Source: an uncultured Ectothiorhodospiraceae bacterium
Lineage (GTDB): Bacteria > Pseudomonadota > Gammaproteobacteria > Nevskiales > Oceanococcaceae
Reading direction: 5' to 3'
DNA: 64,000 nucleotides
Assembly (NCBI GenBank): GCA_937141935.1
Contig: CAKZQS010000043.1
Span: 25,152 to 89,151 of the forward strand
The notes beneath the pieces are model-generated. The model ran no database searches. It was not told the DNA's origin and saw only the letters and a list, made by a program, of their open reading frames with translations. How positions within the stretch are numbered: the first letter of the stretch is position 1; every line of letters begins with the position of its first letter. Shown here piece by piece: positions 1 to 9,894 of the stretch. Both the position numbers and the translations under genes were made by a program.

Positions 1-266
1 GCTGGGTCGAGCGGCCTGTCGAGCGTTGGCGCGCGCGCCTGCGGCCCGGAAACAACGCCGGTTCCGGGGCGGCTTAAGCCCCACGACGGCGGCCGGCTTG
101 CGGCGGCCGGCGAAACCGGGTGTACTTGCCGGCTGAGGACTCTTGTGAGTGAGGATAGCGCCCGAACGGGCGTGGGGTTTACGGTGGAAATTCGGCGACA
201 GGCCGAGGCGTGCGGTTGGCCGCGGCGCCCGGTCGACGCATGCGGGTCAGGGATCGACCGCGTCTC

Positions 267-1475
267 ATGAGCGCGCAAGCGACCCCGGCCGAGATCGTGT
301 TCATCAATCGGGTCTACCAGCCCGATCTGGCCGCGACGAGTCGGCTCCTGAGTGATCTGGTCACGGCGCTCGCCTGCGAGCGCGGTTTTCGCCTGCGTGT
401 CATTTGCGCCCGGACCGCGGGGGAATCCGCGGCGATCGCGGGCGTCAGCGTGCATCGAGTACCGGTGGCGCGCATCGCACGCCTGGGCGTGCTGGGGCGA
501 TTGCTGGCCGATGCCGCCTTCTTGCTCTATGTCGGTTGCTACTTGCTGCTGTCGCGCCAGCGACCCGGGCTGATCGTGGCGAAGACCGACCCGCCCATGC
601 TGCAGGTGATTGTCGGCACGACTTGCCGGCTGCGTGGGCGGCGCTATATCTGCTGGCACCAGGACCTCTACCCCGAGGTGGCCGAGCGCCTGGGCTTTCT
701 GTCGGCGACCAGCCCGCTGGCGCGGCTGTTGCGACGTTGGCGCGACTGGGCGGTGGCCGGCGCCTGGCAGAACGTCGTCATCGGCGAGGCCATGCGTGAC
801 TACCTGGGCCGGGCCGGGCGGACGCGGCTGATTTCGAACTGGGCGCTGAACGACGAGCGGCCGGAGGCCGCGGCGGAGGAGGTGGCCCACTTCCGCGCGC
901 TGGCCGGTGCCGGGCTGCGCGACACCGGGGCCATGGTGCTGGGGCACTGCGGCAACCTGGGCCGCGCGCACCCCGTGGAGCCCCTGTTGGGTCTGGCCGC
1001 GCATTACGGCGAAAGCGGGCCGCGGGTGCTGATCACCGGCGGCGGCGTGCACTACATGCGGCTGCGGCGTTTTGTCGCCGGCAACCGCCACTGGAGTTTT
1101 CTTCCCTTCCAGCCCGAGGAGCGGCTGCCGGCCCTGCTGGCCGCGGTCGATGTGCATCTGGTGGTGCTGGACCCGACACTGGGCGCGATGATTGTTCCCA
1201 GCAAGTACATCGCGGTGCTGGCCGCCGGCCGGCCGTCGATTTTCATCGGCGACCCGGAGGATCGACTGGCGCGCCGGATCGTTGCGGCCGGCGCCGGCTT
1301 TGCCGTCGCGGCCGATGACGCGCCGGAGCTGATTCGGGTGGTCGAGAGCCTGCGGGACCCCGCGCGCCGGGCCGACGTCGGCGCGGCCGCCCGACGCTTG
1401 TACGAGACGCAGTTCTCCCGCCGCGTGGCCCACGCCGCCTGGAGCGACACGCTGCGCGAGGGCCTGGCGGCATGA
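267..1475 (+). CDS. Glycosyltransferase, GT-B fold / GT4 family (WcaI-like)
   Basis: ORF 210..1475. ATG at 267 is preferred because MSAQATPAEIVFINRVYQPD is a typical GT4 N-terminus. The C-terminal half has a GT4-type donor-binding region (GNLGRAHP ... VPSKYIAVLAAGRP). The stop overlaps the next start (ATGA at 1472). Confidence 0.7.
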   Translation: MSAQATPAEIVFINRVYQPDLAATSRLLSDLVTALACERGFRLRVICARTAGESAAIAGVSVHRVPVARIARLGVLGRLLADAAFLLYVGCYLLLSRQRPGLIVAKTDPPMLQVIVGTTCRLRGRRYICWHQDLYPEVAERLGFLSATSPLARLLRRWRDWAVAGAWQNVVIGEAMRDYLGRAGRTRLISNWALNDERPEAAAEEVAHFRALAGAGLRDTGAMVLGHCGNLGRAHPVEPLLGLAAHYGESGPRVLITGGGVHYMRLRRFVAGNRHWSFLPFQPEERLPALLAAVDVHLVVLDPTLGAMIVPSKYIAVLAAGRPSIFIGDPEDRLARRIVAAGAGFAVAADDAPELIRVVESLRDPARRADVGAAARRLYETQFSRRVAHAAWSDTLREGLAA

Positions 1476-2551
1476 TCCCGAACAGCGCGTGGCTGTCGCT
1501 GGGCGGCAGTGTTTTCGTTTCCGCCGCCCTCGCGGCGCTGTTGATCTGGGGGCTGCGCCTGCGCGACCCGGTGCGCACAGACGACCCGCAGCACGTGCAT
1601 GCCGAGCCCGTGCCCCGAACCGGGGGCATCGCGATTTTCTTCGGCTGCCTGCTCGGCGTGTGGTTCACCCGCGGATTGCCGGTCGACAATCTCGTGCTGG
1701 TCACCGCGATGCTCGCGGGCTCCGTACCGATCTTCGCGGCCGGCATCAGCGAAGATCTGTCCGGGCGCGTGCCGCCGCGCTGGCGCTACTACGCCTCACT
1801 GCTGGCCGCGCTGATCGTCATCCTGGTCGCCGACACGCGCCTGGAACGCTTCGATCTGCCCTACCTGGACGACTGGCTGCAATGGGGCCCGGCCTCGGTC
1901 GTGGTCACGCTGTTCTGCGTGGCCGGCGTGACCCAGGCCTACAACATCATCGATGGCAAGAATGGGCTGGCGGCCGGCAGTGCCATCATCGCGCTGCTCG
2001 CGATCGCCTTTGTGGCCCATGGTCTGGACGACAGCGTGCTGCGCAGCATCGCCCTGGCCAGCGCCGGCAGCCTGATCGGCTTCATGCTCTTCAACTTCCC
2101 GCGCGGCCTGATTTTTCTGGGCGACGGTGGCGCCTACCTGGTGGGCTTCTACACCGCGGTGCTGTCGGTCATGCTGGTGTCCGGGCACCCGGAGATTTCG
2201 GCCTGGTTTCCCTGCCTGCTATCGGCCTACGCCATTATCGAAACGCTGACCTCGGTTTTGCGGCGCCTGCTGATTGATCGCAACCGCTTCGACGAGCCGG
2301 ACAACCTGCACATGCATTCCCTGATCTACCGGTTGCTCAGCGTGCACCCGCTGCTGCGCGCCCGCCCGCCTTGGGTGGCCAATGCGTTGACCGCGGTGCC
2401 CTTTTTGCTGATGGCCGTGCTGATCGCGCTCGGCGCGAGCCAGGATCCGGGGGATACCCAGACCCTGCGCGGGCTGGGCTTCGCGCTGGTCTTCGCCTAC
2501 TTCCTGGTGTACATCCTGCTGCGGCTGCGCTTGCGCGCCACGGCGCACTGA
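1472..2551 (+). CDS. Polyprenyl-phosphate sugar-1-phosphate transferase (WecA/WbpL/MraY superfamily), probable initiating enzyme
   Basis: 359 aa with many hydrophobic segments. Hallmark motifs AYNIIDGKNGLAAG and FLGDGGAYLVG. Confidence 0.85.
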   Translation: MIPNSAWLSLGGSVFVSAALAALLIWGLRLRDPVRTDDPQHVHAEPVPRTGGIAIFFGCLLGVWFTRGLPVDNLVLVTAMLAGSVPIFAAGISEDLSGRVPPRWRYYASLLAALIVILVADTRLERFDLPYLDDWLQWGPASVVVTLFCVAGVTQAYNIIDGKNGLAAGSAIIALLAIAFVAHGLDDSVLRSIALASAGSLIGFMLFNFPRGLIFLGDGGAYLVGFYTAVLSVMLVSGHPEISAWFPCLLSAYAIIETLTSVLRRLLIDRNRFDEPDNLHMHSLIYRLLSVHPLLRARPPWVANALTAVPFLLMAVLIALGASQDPGDTQTLRGLGFALVFAYFLVYILLRLRLRATAH

Positions 2552-2558
2552 GGCGGCG

Positions 2559-3320
2559 ATGGCTGCCGCGCCCATGCCGCCCCTGCTGCGTCGTTCGCGG
2601 TCGCTGCTGCGCAGCGCGGCCACCGTTGTGCGCCGGCGGCCCAAGGTCTTTTGCATTGGCTACAACAAGAGCGGAACGACCTCGCTGCATGAGCTGTTCC
2701 AGACTCTGGGTTGCCACTCCCTGCACAGCACGATTTGGGGCGACACCGCGCGGCGCCTGATTCACCACCGCTACGAGTGCTTCAGCGATGCTGTGCCGGA
2801 CGATTTTCGCGTGCTGGACCGGCGTTTCCCCAACAGCCGCTTCATCCTGCAGGTCCGCGAGCTGGACCGCTGGGTGGTCAGCCGGCTGGCCCACATACAG
2901 CGCGGCGTGGCCAAGGGCCGGGACTACGACCTGCCGGGCTGGGTGGATGCGGACGAGTCCATCGGCTACTGGCTCGGCCAGCGTCAGGCGCACCACCGCG
3001 CCGTGCTCGACCACTTCGCCACGCAGCCCGAGCGACTGCTGGTCGTGAACGTCTGCTCCGACTCGGACTGGGAGCCGCGGGTTGCCGCCTTTGTCGGCGC
3101 GAGCGCGCCCCCTCCGCGCAGCCGTGTGGCCAACCGCCGGCCGGCAAGCCAGTCGGTCGACGCGCTGCGCGCGCGGGTCGCGCGCGTGCTTGAGCAGCTG
3201 GGCGTACCGCCGGAGGAGCAGGGCAATGACCTGCTGTGCCCGGCGCTGCTCGAAGTCGGCGCCCGCTACCCCGCCCGCAGTGCCGACTTGCCACCAAGCC
3301 TGCGCGGGGCCAGCGTGTGA
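2559..3320 (+). CDS. Sulfotransferase
   Basis: PAPS 5'-phosphosulfate-binding loop GYNKSGTTSL and 3'-phosphate-binding-like motif VRELDRWVVS. Soluble, 253 aa. Confidence 0.7.
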   Translation: MAAAPMPPLLRRSRSLLRSAATVVRRRPKVFCIGYNKSGTTSLHELFQTLGCHSLHSTIWGDTARRLIHHRYECFSDAVPDDFRVLDRRFPNSRFILQVRELDRWVVSRLAHIQRGVAKGRDYDLPGWVDADESIGYWLGQRQAHHRAVLDHFATQPERLLVVNVCSDSDWEPRVAAFVGASAPPPRSRVANRRPASQSVDALRARVARVLEQLGVPPEEQGNDLLCPALLEVGARYPARSADLPPSLRGASV

Positions 3321-4330
3321 GCGCGGCGCTCGAACTGGCCTGCGCCGCCGATGCCGCCTATGTGCCGCATTGCGCCGTGATGCTGCGCTCGGTGATGGAG
3401 CAGCATGCCGGCGAGCCGGTACGCCTGCATTTCCTGCACGCCCCGGACCTGGCGCAAGACAGCCTGCAGGCCCTGGCCGCCGAGGTGCAGGCGGCCGGCG
3501 CGCGTTTCGAGGCCCATGTCATCGCGCCGGAGCGCATCGCGGGCCTGGGCGTGTTGCCGCGCATTCCGGCGGTGATGTGGTACCGGGTTCTGACCCCGGA
3601 ACTGTTGCCCGAGGTGGACCGGCTGCTGTATCTGGACTGCGACACGCTGGTCTGCGAGCGGCTGGACGAGCTCTGGCAGCGGGAGCTGGGCGACGACCTC
3701 GCGGCCGCCTGCGAGAACGCCTTTGATCAGGGGCGCCCGGCGCACCTGTCGCGCCTGGGATTGGCGGACACGCAGCCCTATTTCAACAGCGGCGTGCTGC
3801 TGCTGAACCTGGACCAGTGGCGTGCCGAGGGCACCAGCGCCCGCATCGTCGAGCTGGCACGGGCACGCGCGGCGCAGCTGTGCTGGCCGGATCAGGATGC
3901 GCTGAACCTGGCGCTGGTCGGGCGCTGGCAGGCGCTGCACCCGCGCTGGAACACGCAGAACGCGCTGTATGTATCCGGGGCCGCGCGACGTCAGATCGGC
4001 GCGGCCCGCGCGCGCGCGGCCACCCGCCGGCCGGGCATCGTGCACTTTGAGGGTCCGGGCTTTTGCAAGCCCTGGCACCCGCTGTGCAAACACCCGCGCC
4101 GCGCACACTACCTGCGGCTGCGCGCGCAGACCCGTTGGGGGCCCTTCGACCCGCTGGCCGGAGCCGGCCCGGGGGTGCGCCTGCTGCGCCTGCTGTCCAT
4201 GGGTGGTATCACCCGCGTGCTGCTGTGGCAGGCGTGGCTGCGCGACCCGCGCTGGCGGCGGCGGCTGCGCCGCGTGCTCGCCGGCCTGTGGCGGCGGCGG
4301 CCGCTGCGCAACCGCGGTGGGTCGGCATGA
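3317..4330 (+). CDS. Glycosyltransferase family 8 (RfaJ/LgtC-like retaining hexosyltransferase)
   Basis: GTG at 3317 overlaps the upstream stop (GTGA). Motifs: RLLYLDCDTLV (DxD), YFNSGVLLLNL, PDQDALN, HFEGPGFCKPW. Arg-rich C-terminal tail. Confidence 0.8.
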   Translation: MSAALELACAADAAYVPHCAVMLRSVMEQHAGEPVRLHFLHAPDLAQDSLQALAAEVQAAGARFEAHVIAPERIAGLGVLPRIPAVMWYRVLTPELLPEVDRLLYLDCDTLVCERLDELWQRELGDDLAAACENAFDQGRPAHLSRLGLADTQPYFNSGVLLLNLDQWRAEGTSARIVELARARAAQLCWPDQDALNLALVGRWQALHPRWNTQNALYVSGAARRQIGAARARAATRRPGIVHFEGPGFCKPWHPLCKHPRRAHYLRLRAQTRWGPFDPLAGAGPGVRLLRLLSMGGITRVLLWQAWLRDPRWRRRLRRVLAGLWRRRPLRNRGGSA

Positions 4331-5253
4331 GCGCCGCGCCGCTGCTCTCGGTCATCGTGCCCAGCTACAACCAGGGCCAGTATCTGGGCGCCACGCTGGA
4401 CTCGATCTTCGCGCAGGACTACCGGCCGCTGGAGGTGCTGGTGGTCGACGGGGCCTCCAGCGACAACAGCGTGGACCTGCTTCGCGACTACGCTGGCCGG
4501 CATCCGGAGCTGCGCTGGTGGTCGGAGCCGGACTCCGGCGTGGTCGAGGCGGTGAATAAGGGCCTGGACCGGGCTCGCGGCGAGTTTGCCGCGATCCAGA
4601 GCAGCGACGACATCTACCACCCGGGCGCGCTGCGCGAGGCGGTCGAGCTGTTGCGCGCCGACCCGACGCTGGGCGTCGTGTGCGCGGACGTCGACATCAT
4701 GGACGGCGAAGGGCGCATCCTGCACGCCGCGCCCGTGGGCGCGCCCTACACGCAGGAAAACTTCCTGCTGCGCGCGACCGTCGTGCACCAGAGCAGCACC
4801 GTGTTCCGGCTGGCGGTGGTGCGCGAGGCCGGTGGCTGGCGCGAGCGTTATTTTTGCGCCGACTCCGAGCTGTGGCTGCGGCTGAGCTTTCGCACCCGCT
4901 TCCTGAAGGTCGACCGCCGCTGGTCGGCCTGGCGCAAGCACGAGGCGCAGCGCGACCGCGAGGCCCTGCGCATGTGGCAGGACTGGGGCGCGATGATGCA
5001 CGAGTCGCCGGAGCTGCAGGCGGCGCCGGCGCGGCTGCGCCGGGCGGCGCGGGCCGGTCACCACACGATGGCGGTGGACTACAACCCCAGCGGTCGGGAG
5101 AGTTTTCGCCTGCTGCATCTGTGGTGGGCCCTGCTAATCGCGCCGCGCAGCCTGCGCGCGATTCGCGATTCGGACTTTCTCTTCCCGCGCCGGCTGTGGC
5201 CGATCTGGCGCCGGATCAAGCGGCGTTGGCCCTGGGGGCAGGCGACATGCTGA
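4327..5253 (+). CDS. Glycosyltransferase family 2
   Basis: ATG 4327 (ATGA overlap). Motifs LSVIVPSYNQGQYLGATLDSIFAQDY, VVDGASSD, QSSDD. Confidence 0.8.
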   Translation: MSAAPLLSVIVPSYNQGQYLGATLDSIFAQDYRPLEVLVVDGASSDNSVDLLRDYAGRHPELRWWSEPDSGVVEAVNKGLDRARGEFAAIQSSDDIYHPGALREAVELLRADPTLGVVCADVDIMDGEGRILHAAPVGAPYTQENFLLRATVVHQSSTVFRLAVVREAGGWRERYFCADSELWLRLSFRTRFLKVDRRWSAWRKHEAQRDREALRMWQDWGAMMHESPELQAAPARLRRAARAGHHTMAVDYNPSGRESFRLLHLWWALLIAPRSLRAIRDSDFLFPRRLWPIWRRIKRRWPWGQATC

Positions 5254-6260
5254 AAACCTGGCTGCGCAAGGCCCTGCGGGCCGCGGGCTATGACCTGGTG
5301 CGCCGCCGCCGCGCGGATGCCCGCTACCGGCAGGCCAGCCACAGCGCCGCGATGCCGCTGCCGGAGGGCGCCGAGCAGGACCTGCGCGCCGACCATCCGC
5401 GCCTGCTGGAGCTTAGGCGGATCTATGCGCAGAGCCCGCTGCCGATGGCGGCGCGGGGTATGTGGGGCGAGGATTACCTGGCCCGCGAACTCGACCTGCG
5501 CTACTTCCGCGGCGACAACGCCTATGTCTGGCAGTTTCGCAACGTGGGTGCGCAAGCGCGCCTGAAGTACTACCTGCTGCTGCGCGACATCGCCGCGCGC
5601 GACCCTCACGGCTGGCTGCAGCTGGCCGAGGAAGACGGCGCCTTCGGCTGCTGGAGCTTTGACTACCCGGGCTGGCCGCGGGTCAGCCGCGACCTGCTCG
5701 ATTCGATCAACGAATTGCTGTACCTGGATGCGCGCATGGGCCTGGCCGGCATCGAGGCGCTGCGCATCGTGGACATCGGCGCCGGCTATGGGCGCCTGGC
5801 GCATCGCGCGCACGCGCTGCTGCCGGGGCTGGTCGAATACGTCTGCGTCGACGGCGTGCCGGAATCGACCTTCCTGGCCGAGTATTACCTGCGCCACCGT
5901 GGCTGCGAGCAGGCGCGCGTGCTCGACATTGGCCAGCTGCCGGACTACGCCCCGGCCGCGGCCCCGCAGCTGGCGGTCAACATCCACAGCTTTTCCGAGA
6001 TGCGCCTTGAGAGCATCCGCGGCTGGCTGGCCTGGCTGGCGGCGCTGGGCACACAGCACCTGCTGGTCGTGCCCAACGACGCGCAGCAGATGCTGAGCAT
6101 GGAGCCCGATGGCACGCGCCAGGACTTCGCGCCGCTGTTCGCGGAGGCGGGCTTCACCCTGGCGGATACGCGCCCCGTGCACGAGGACCCCACGCTGCGC
6201 GAGCTGGTCAATGTCAGCGACCACTATTTCTTCTACCGGCGCGGCGCCGCGGCGGCATGA
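5247..6260 (+). CDS. Class I SAM-dependent methyltransferase-like protein (putative sugar O-methyltransferase)
   Basis: In-frame ATG at 5247 overlaps the upstream stop by 7 nt. SAM motif I-like VDIGAGYGRLA. Embedded between GT genes. Confidence 0.55.
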   Translation: MLKTWLRKALRAAGYDLVRRRRADARYRQASHSAAMPLPEGAEQDLRADHPRLLELRRIYAQSPLPMAARGMWGEDYLARELDLRYFRGDNAYVWQFRNVGAQARLKYYLLLRDIAARDPHGWLQLAEEDGAFGCWSFDYPGWPRVSRDLLDSINELLYLDARMGLAGIEALRIVDIGAGYGRLAHRAHALLPGLVEYVCVDGVPESTFLAEYYLRHRGCEQARVLDIGQLPDYAPAAAPQLAVNIHSFSEMRLESIRGWLAWLAALGTQHLLVVPNDAQQMLSMEPDGTRQDFAPLFAEAGFTLADTRPVHEDPTLRELVNVSDHYFFYRRGAAAA

Positions 6261-7216
6261 CGCTGCACCTGGCCTGCATCGCCGAGGGGGATTTCCTGCG
6301 CCACACCGGCGCGATGCTGCATTCGGCACTGCAGCACACGACCCAGCGCCCGCTCACAGTGCACCTGTTGCATGGTCAGCCCTATCCAGCCGCCGACAGC
6401 GCACACATCCGCAGCGTGGTGGAAGAGGCCGGCGCCGAGCTGCACCTGCTGCCGGTCACGGCCGAGCGCGCCGCGACCTTCCGCGACAGCCATTTCCCGC
6501 GGGCCATCTGGTATCGCATCCTGCTGCCGGAGTTGCTGCCCGCCGTCGAGCGGGTGCTGTACCTGGACTCGGACATCATCGTCGGCGACGACCTGGCGCC
6601 GCTGTGGCACACGCCGCTCGAGGGGAACTGGCTGGGCGCCGTGTGCAACCCCTTCTATCCCTTCATGCCCGATTACCCGGTCGAAGCGCTGGGCTTCGGC
6701 TCGGGTCGCGAATACTTCAACTCCGGCGTGCTGCTGCTCGATCTTGCGGCCTTGCGCGCGGCCGGGGCGGTAGCGCCCCTCGTGGACTACGCGCGCCAGC
6801 ACCCGCAGTGCGCCTACCCCGACCAGGACGCGCTGAATGTGGTCTGCCGGGGGCGCTGGAAACCCCTGCACCCGCGCTGGAATGCGCAGTCCACGATCTT
6901 TGAACTGCCGGCACAAACGCTGCCCTTCACGGCGGAGCAGGTTGCGCAGGCCCGCAGCGCGCCAGCCGTCGTGCACTACATCGGGCCCTTCAAGCCCTGG
7001 TCGCATCTGTGCCGGCACCCGCTGCGGGCGCGCTACTTCGCGCACGCGGCGCAAACGCCCTGGGGCGTTCCGGCCATCGCCGATGCCACGCTGCGCAACC
7101 GCATCCTGCGCCTGTTGCCGCTGCGCTGGATCGATCGCTGGATGCGCCTGGAGCGGCTGCTGCGCCGCCCCCCGCGGCTGCGCGCGCGTCTGCGGCGCAT
7201 CGGGGCGCGGCGATGA
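6257..7216 (+). CDS. Glycosyltransferase family 8 (paralog of 3317..4330)
   Basis: Motifs RVLYLDSDIIV (DxD), YFNSGVLLLDL, PDQDALN, HYIGPFKPW. ATGA overlaps at both ends. Arg-rich C-terminal tail. Confidence 0.8.
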   Translation: MTLHLACIAEGDFLRHTGAMLHSALQHTTQRPLTVHLLHGQPYPAADSAHIRSVVEEAGAELHLLPVTAERAATFRDSHFPRAIWYRILLPELLPAVERVLYLDSDIIVGDDLAPLWHTPLEGNWLGAVCNPFYPFMPDYPVEALGFGSGREYFNSGVLLLDLAALRAAGAVAPLVDYARQHPQCAYPDQDALNVVCRGRWKPLHPRWNAQSTIFELPAQTLPFTAEQVAQARSAPAVVHYIGPFKPWSHLCRHPLRARYFAHAAQTPWGVPAIADATLRNRILRLLPLRWIDRWMRLERLLRRPPRLRARLRRIGARR

Positions 7217-8136
7217 GCCCGCCCATGGTCAGCGTGATCCTGCCGGTGCACAACCGTGCCGAGACCATCCTGCGTGCGGTCGACAGCGTGCTTGCGCAGA
7301 GCCATGCGCAGCTGGAACTGCTGGTCGTCGACGATGCCTCGACCGACGGCACGCGCGCCGCGCTGGCCACCGTCGCCGACCCCCGTCTGCGGGTGCTGAC
7401 GCTGGCGCAGAACGGTGGCCCGGCGGTTGCGCGTAACCAGGGCATCAAGCAGGCGCGCGGCGAATGGCTGGCCTTCCAGGACAGCGATGACGAGTGGCTG
7501 CCGCACAAGCTGCAGGCCCAACTCGCTGTGGCGGGCGACGCCAGCCTGGTGCTGTGCCCCTACGCGCTGCCCGGGCCGGCTGGCCCGCGGCGTATCGAGG
7601 CCCGCATGGCGCGCGCCGGCGGCGATATCCGCCACGACCTGTTGGATGGCTGGCCGATCATCACCCCCACCTGGCTGCTGCGGCGGGACCTGCCCGAGGG
7701 CTTGCCGCAATTCGATGAGTCGCTGCGCTGCCTGGAGGACTGGGACCTGATCCTGCGCCTGGGCCGCCAGCGGCGGATCGTCGCCGGCCCGGCGGAGGTC
7801 TGCCTGCACAAGCACGCCAGCGCCGACTCGGTCTGCGGCGACCCCGCGCGGATGCGCCACGCCCTGGCCGAGATTCTTCGTCGGCATGGCGCGTTGTGGG
7901 CCGACAGCCCCACCCGTCGGGCGCGGCGCCTGGGCCACCTGGTCGTGCTGGACCTGGCCTGCGGGGATCGGCGCGCCGCGCGGCGGCATGCGCTACGGGC
8001 CCTGCGCGCCGCGCCCTGGCACCCGGCGCCCTGGGCCCTGCTCGCCGCCACCTGGGGGCGGGCCCGCTGGCTGCGCGCCTGCCAGCAGCGCTGGCCCCTG
8101 TTTACCGGCATGGCGCTGCCCGCGCCGGCCCCCTAG
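7213..8136 (+). CDS. Glycosyltransferase family 2
   Basis: ATG 7213 (ATGA overlap). Motifs VSVILPVHNRAETILRAVDSVLAQSH, LLVVDDASTDGT, FQDSDDEW. Confidence 0.8.
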   Translation: MSPPMVSVILPVHNRAETILRAVDSVLAQSHAQLELLVVDDASTDGTRAALATVADPRLRVLTLAQNGGPAVARNQGIKQARGEWLAFQDSDDEWLPHKLQAQLAVAGDASLVLCPYALPGPAGPRRIEARMARAGGDIRHDLLDGWPIITPTWLLRRDLPEGLPQFDESLRCLEDWDLILRLGRQRRIVAGPAEVCLHKHASADSVCGDPARMRHALAEILRRHGALWADSPTRRARRLGHLVVLDLACGDRRAARRHALRALRAAPWHPAPWALLAATWGRARWLRACQQRWPLFTGMALPAPAP

Positions 8137-8152
8137 TGCAAGGAAGACTGCC

Positions 8153-9088
8153 ATGACGACGACGCGCCCCCTGGTGAGCGTGATCATCCCCACCCACAAT
8201 CGTGAGGACCTGCTGGGTCGGGCGATCCGCAGCGTCCTGGCGCAGTCCTACCGGGAGCTGGAGCTGATCGTCGTCGACGACGCCTCCACCGACGGTACCC
8301 GCGAGGTTGTGGCCGCCTTCGACGACCCGCGGCTGCATTACCTGCGCCGCGAGCAGGGCGGCAGTGCCGCGGCCGCACGCAATGCGGGCCTTGCCATCGC
8401 GAAGGGCGAGCTGATCGCCTTCCAGGACGACGACGACATCTGGTTGCTGGAAAAACTGGAGAAGCAGGTGCCGCATCTGCTCGCGCAGGGCGAGGAGGTC
8501 GGGCTGAGCGTGTGCAGCATGATCTGGCTGACCGGCAAGCGCGAGGCGCAGTTCGTCGGGGGCGAGGCCGCCTTCCGCACGCTGGACTACCGCAAGGGCA
8601 AGACCGGCGACGAAGGCCTGATCGCCACGCCGGGTTGGCTGGTGCGGCGCGCGGCGCTGGAGGCCGCCGGGAATTTTGACCCGGAGATGCGCTCTTGGGA
8701 CGATTGGGAGCTGGGCTTGCGCCTGTGGCAGGTGTGCAAGTTCACCCACCTCGACGAGCCTCTGGTGGTACAGGACCGCACGCGCGGCAGCCTGATGATC
8801 CGCAACGTGCAGGCCTTTGCCGGCGACATGCAGACCATCATGCGCAAGCACGGCCAGATGTGGGCCGGGCAGCCCGTGGTGCTGTCGCGGCATTACTACT
8901 TCATCGGCAACTGCTACTGCCGCTTTGGTGATCGGGCCGATGGCATCCCCTGGCTGCGCAAGGCCGTGCAGGCCCGGCCGGGCAATTGGCAGGCGCGTCT
9001 GGGCCTGTGGGCCGCGCGGCTGAATTGCTACCCGCTGGCCGTGTCGCTGCTGACCGCTCTGCGTCGCCTGGCCCGGAAGCTGCGCTGA
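8153..9088 (+). CDS. Glycosyltransferase family 2
   Basis: ATG 8153. Motifs VSVIIPTHNREDLLGRAIRSVLAQSY, IVVDDASTDGT, FQDDDDIW. Confidence 0.8.
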   Translation: MTTTRPLVSVIIPTHNREDLLGRAIRSVLAQSYRELELIVVDDASTDGTREVVAAFDDPRLHYLRREQGGSAAAARNAGLAIAKGELIAFQDDDDIWLLEKLEKQVPHLLAQGEEVGLSVCSMIWLTGKREAQFVGGEAAFRTLDYRKGKTGDEGLIATPGWLVRRAALEAAGNFDPEMRSWDDWELGLRLWQVCKFTHLDEPLVVQDRTRGSLMIRNVQAFAGDMQTIMRKHGQMWAGQPVVLSRHYYFIGNCYCRFGDRADGIPWLRKAVQARPGNWQARLGLWAARLNCYPLAVSLLTALRRLARKLR

Positions 9089-9090
9089 AC

Positions 9091-9894
9091 ATGCGGCGCG
9101 GCACGCTGGTGGCGCTGGCGGGCCGGGTTCCCGGCCTGGTCGCGCTGCTGCGGCGCCTGCGCGACCGCAGGGCGGAGGCCGCGCTGGCCGGCATCGATTA
9201 CCGCCCGGGCCTGTGCATCAACAGCATGCCCAAAGCCGGTACGCACTTGCTGGCGGGCGCGCTCGCGGCGCTCGAGGTGCCGCACTACCGGCGCCACCTC
9301 AACGGTGTGGATGCGGCGACGCTGGCGCGGCTCGATGGCGCCGTGTTCTTTACCCATCTGGCCTACAGCCCCGAGGCGGCGCAGCGGTTGCAGCAGGCCG
9401 GTTACCACCAGTGGCTGCTGCTCCGGGCGCCCACCGCGGTCGCGTTGTCGACGCTGGTCTATGTGCTGACCCGGCGGGATCACCCACAGCACGCGGCCTA
9501 TGCGCAGGCCTGGCAACAGGGCGGCGCGCAGGCTCTGGTGGCGCTGCGCGTGCACGGTGACGCCGCGCGGGGCCTGGGCTCGATCGCGGCGCTGTACCGG
9601 CGCTATTTCGACTGGGCCGGCCAGCCGGGGGTTGCGCCCCTGTACTACGAGGACCTGACTGGCCCGCAGGGGCTGAGCATGCTGCTGTCGCGGCTCGCCG
9701 AGGAAGGCGCGCCGCTGCGCAGGCCGGCCGTCAGCGACCTCGGCGCATTGGCTCCGCCACAGGCCAGCGCGACGGTCCTGCCGGACTGGGTGGACCGCCG
9801 GGCGCTGCAGGACTTGCTGACCGGCGAACATGCGGCGATTCTGCAACCGCTGGAACGGGCCTATCAGCGCCTGCGGGAGTCGGGGAGCGCATGA
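9091..9894 (+). CDS. Sulfotransferase-like protein
   Basis: ATG 9091. 5'-PSB-like loop SMPKAGTHLL and 3'-PB-like LLLRAPTAVALS. Confidence 0.55.
   Translation: MRRGTLVALAGRVPGLVALLRRLRDRRAEAALAGIDYRPGLCINSMPKAGTHLLAGALAALEVPHYRRHLNGVDAATLARLDGAVFFTHLAYSPEAAQRLQQAGYHQWLLLRAPTAVALSTLVYVLTRRDHPQHAAYAQAWQQGGAQALVALRVHGDAARGLGSIAALYRRYFDWAGQPGVAPLYYEDLTGPQGLSMLLSRLAEEGAPLRRPAVSDLGALAPPQASATVLPDWVDRRALQDLLTGEHAAILQPLERAYQRLRESGSA

Noticed and set aside
1-266. Possible 3' end of an upstream gene and GC-rich hairpins (e.g. CCCGGAA-n10-TTCCGGG around 45..70)
   Set aside because: The open frames here give unconvincing translations and there is no U-tract after the hairpins. Evidence is insufficient for a CDS or terminator call.
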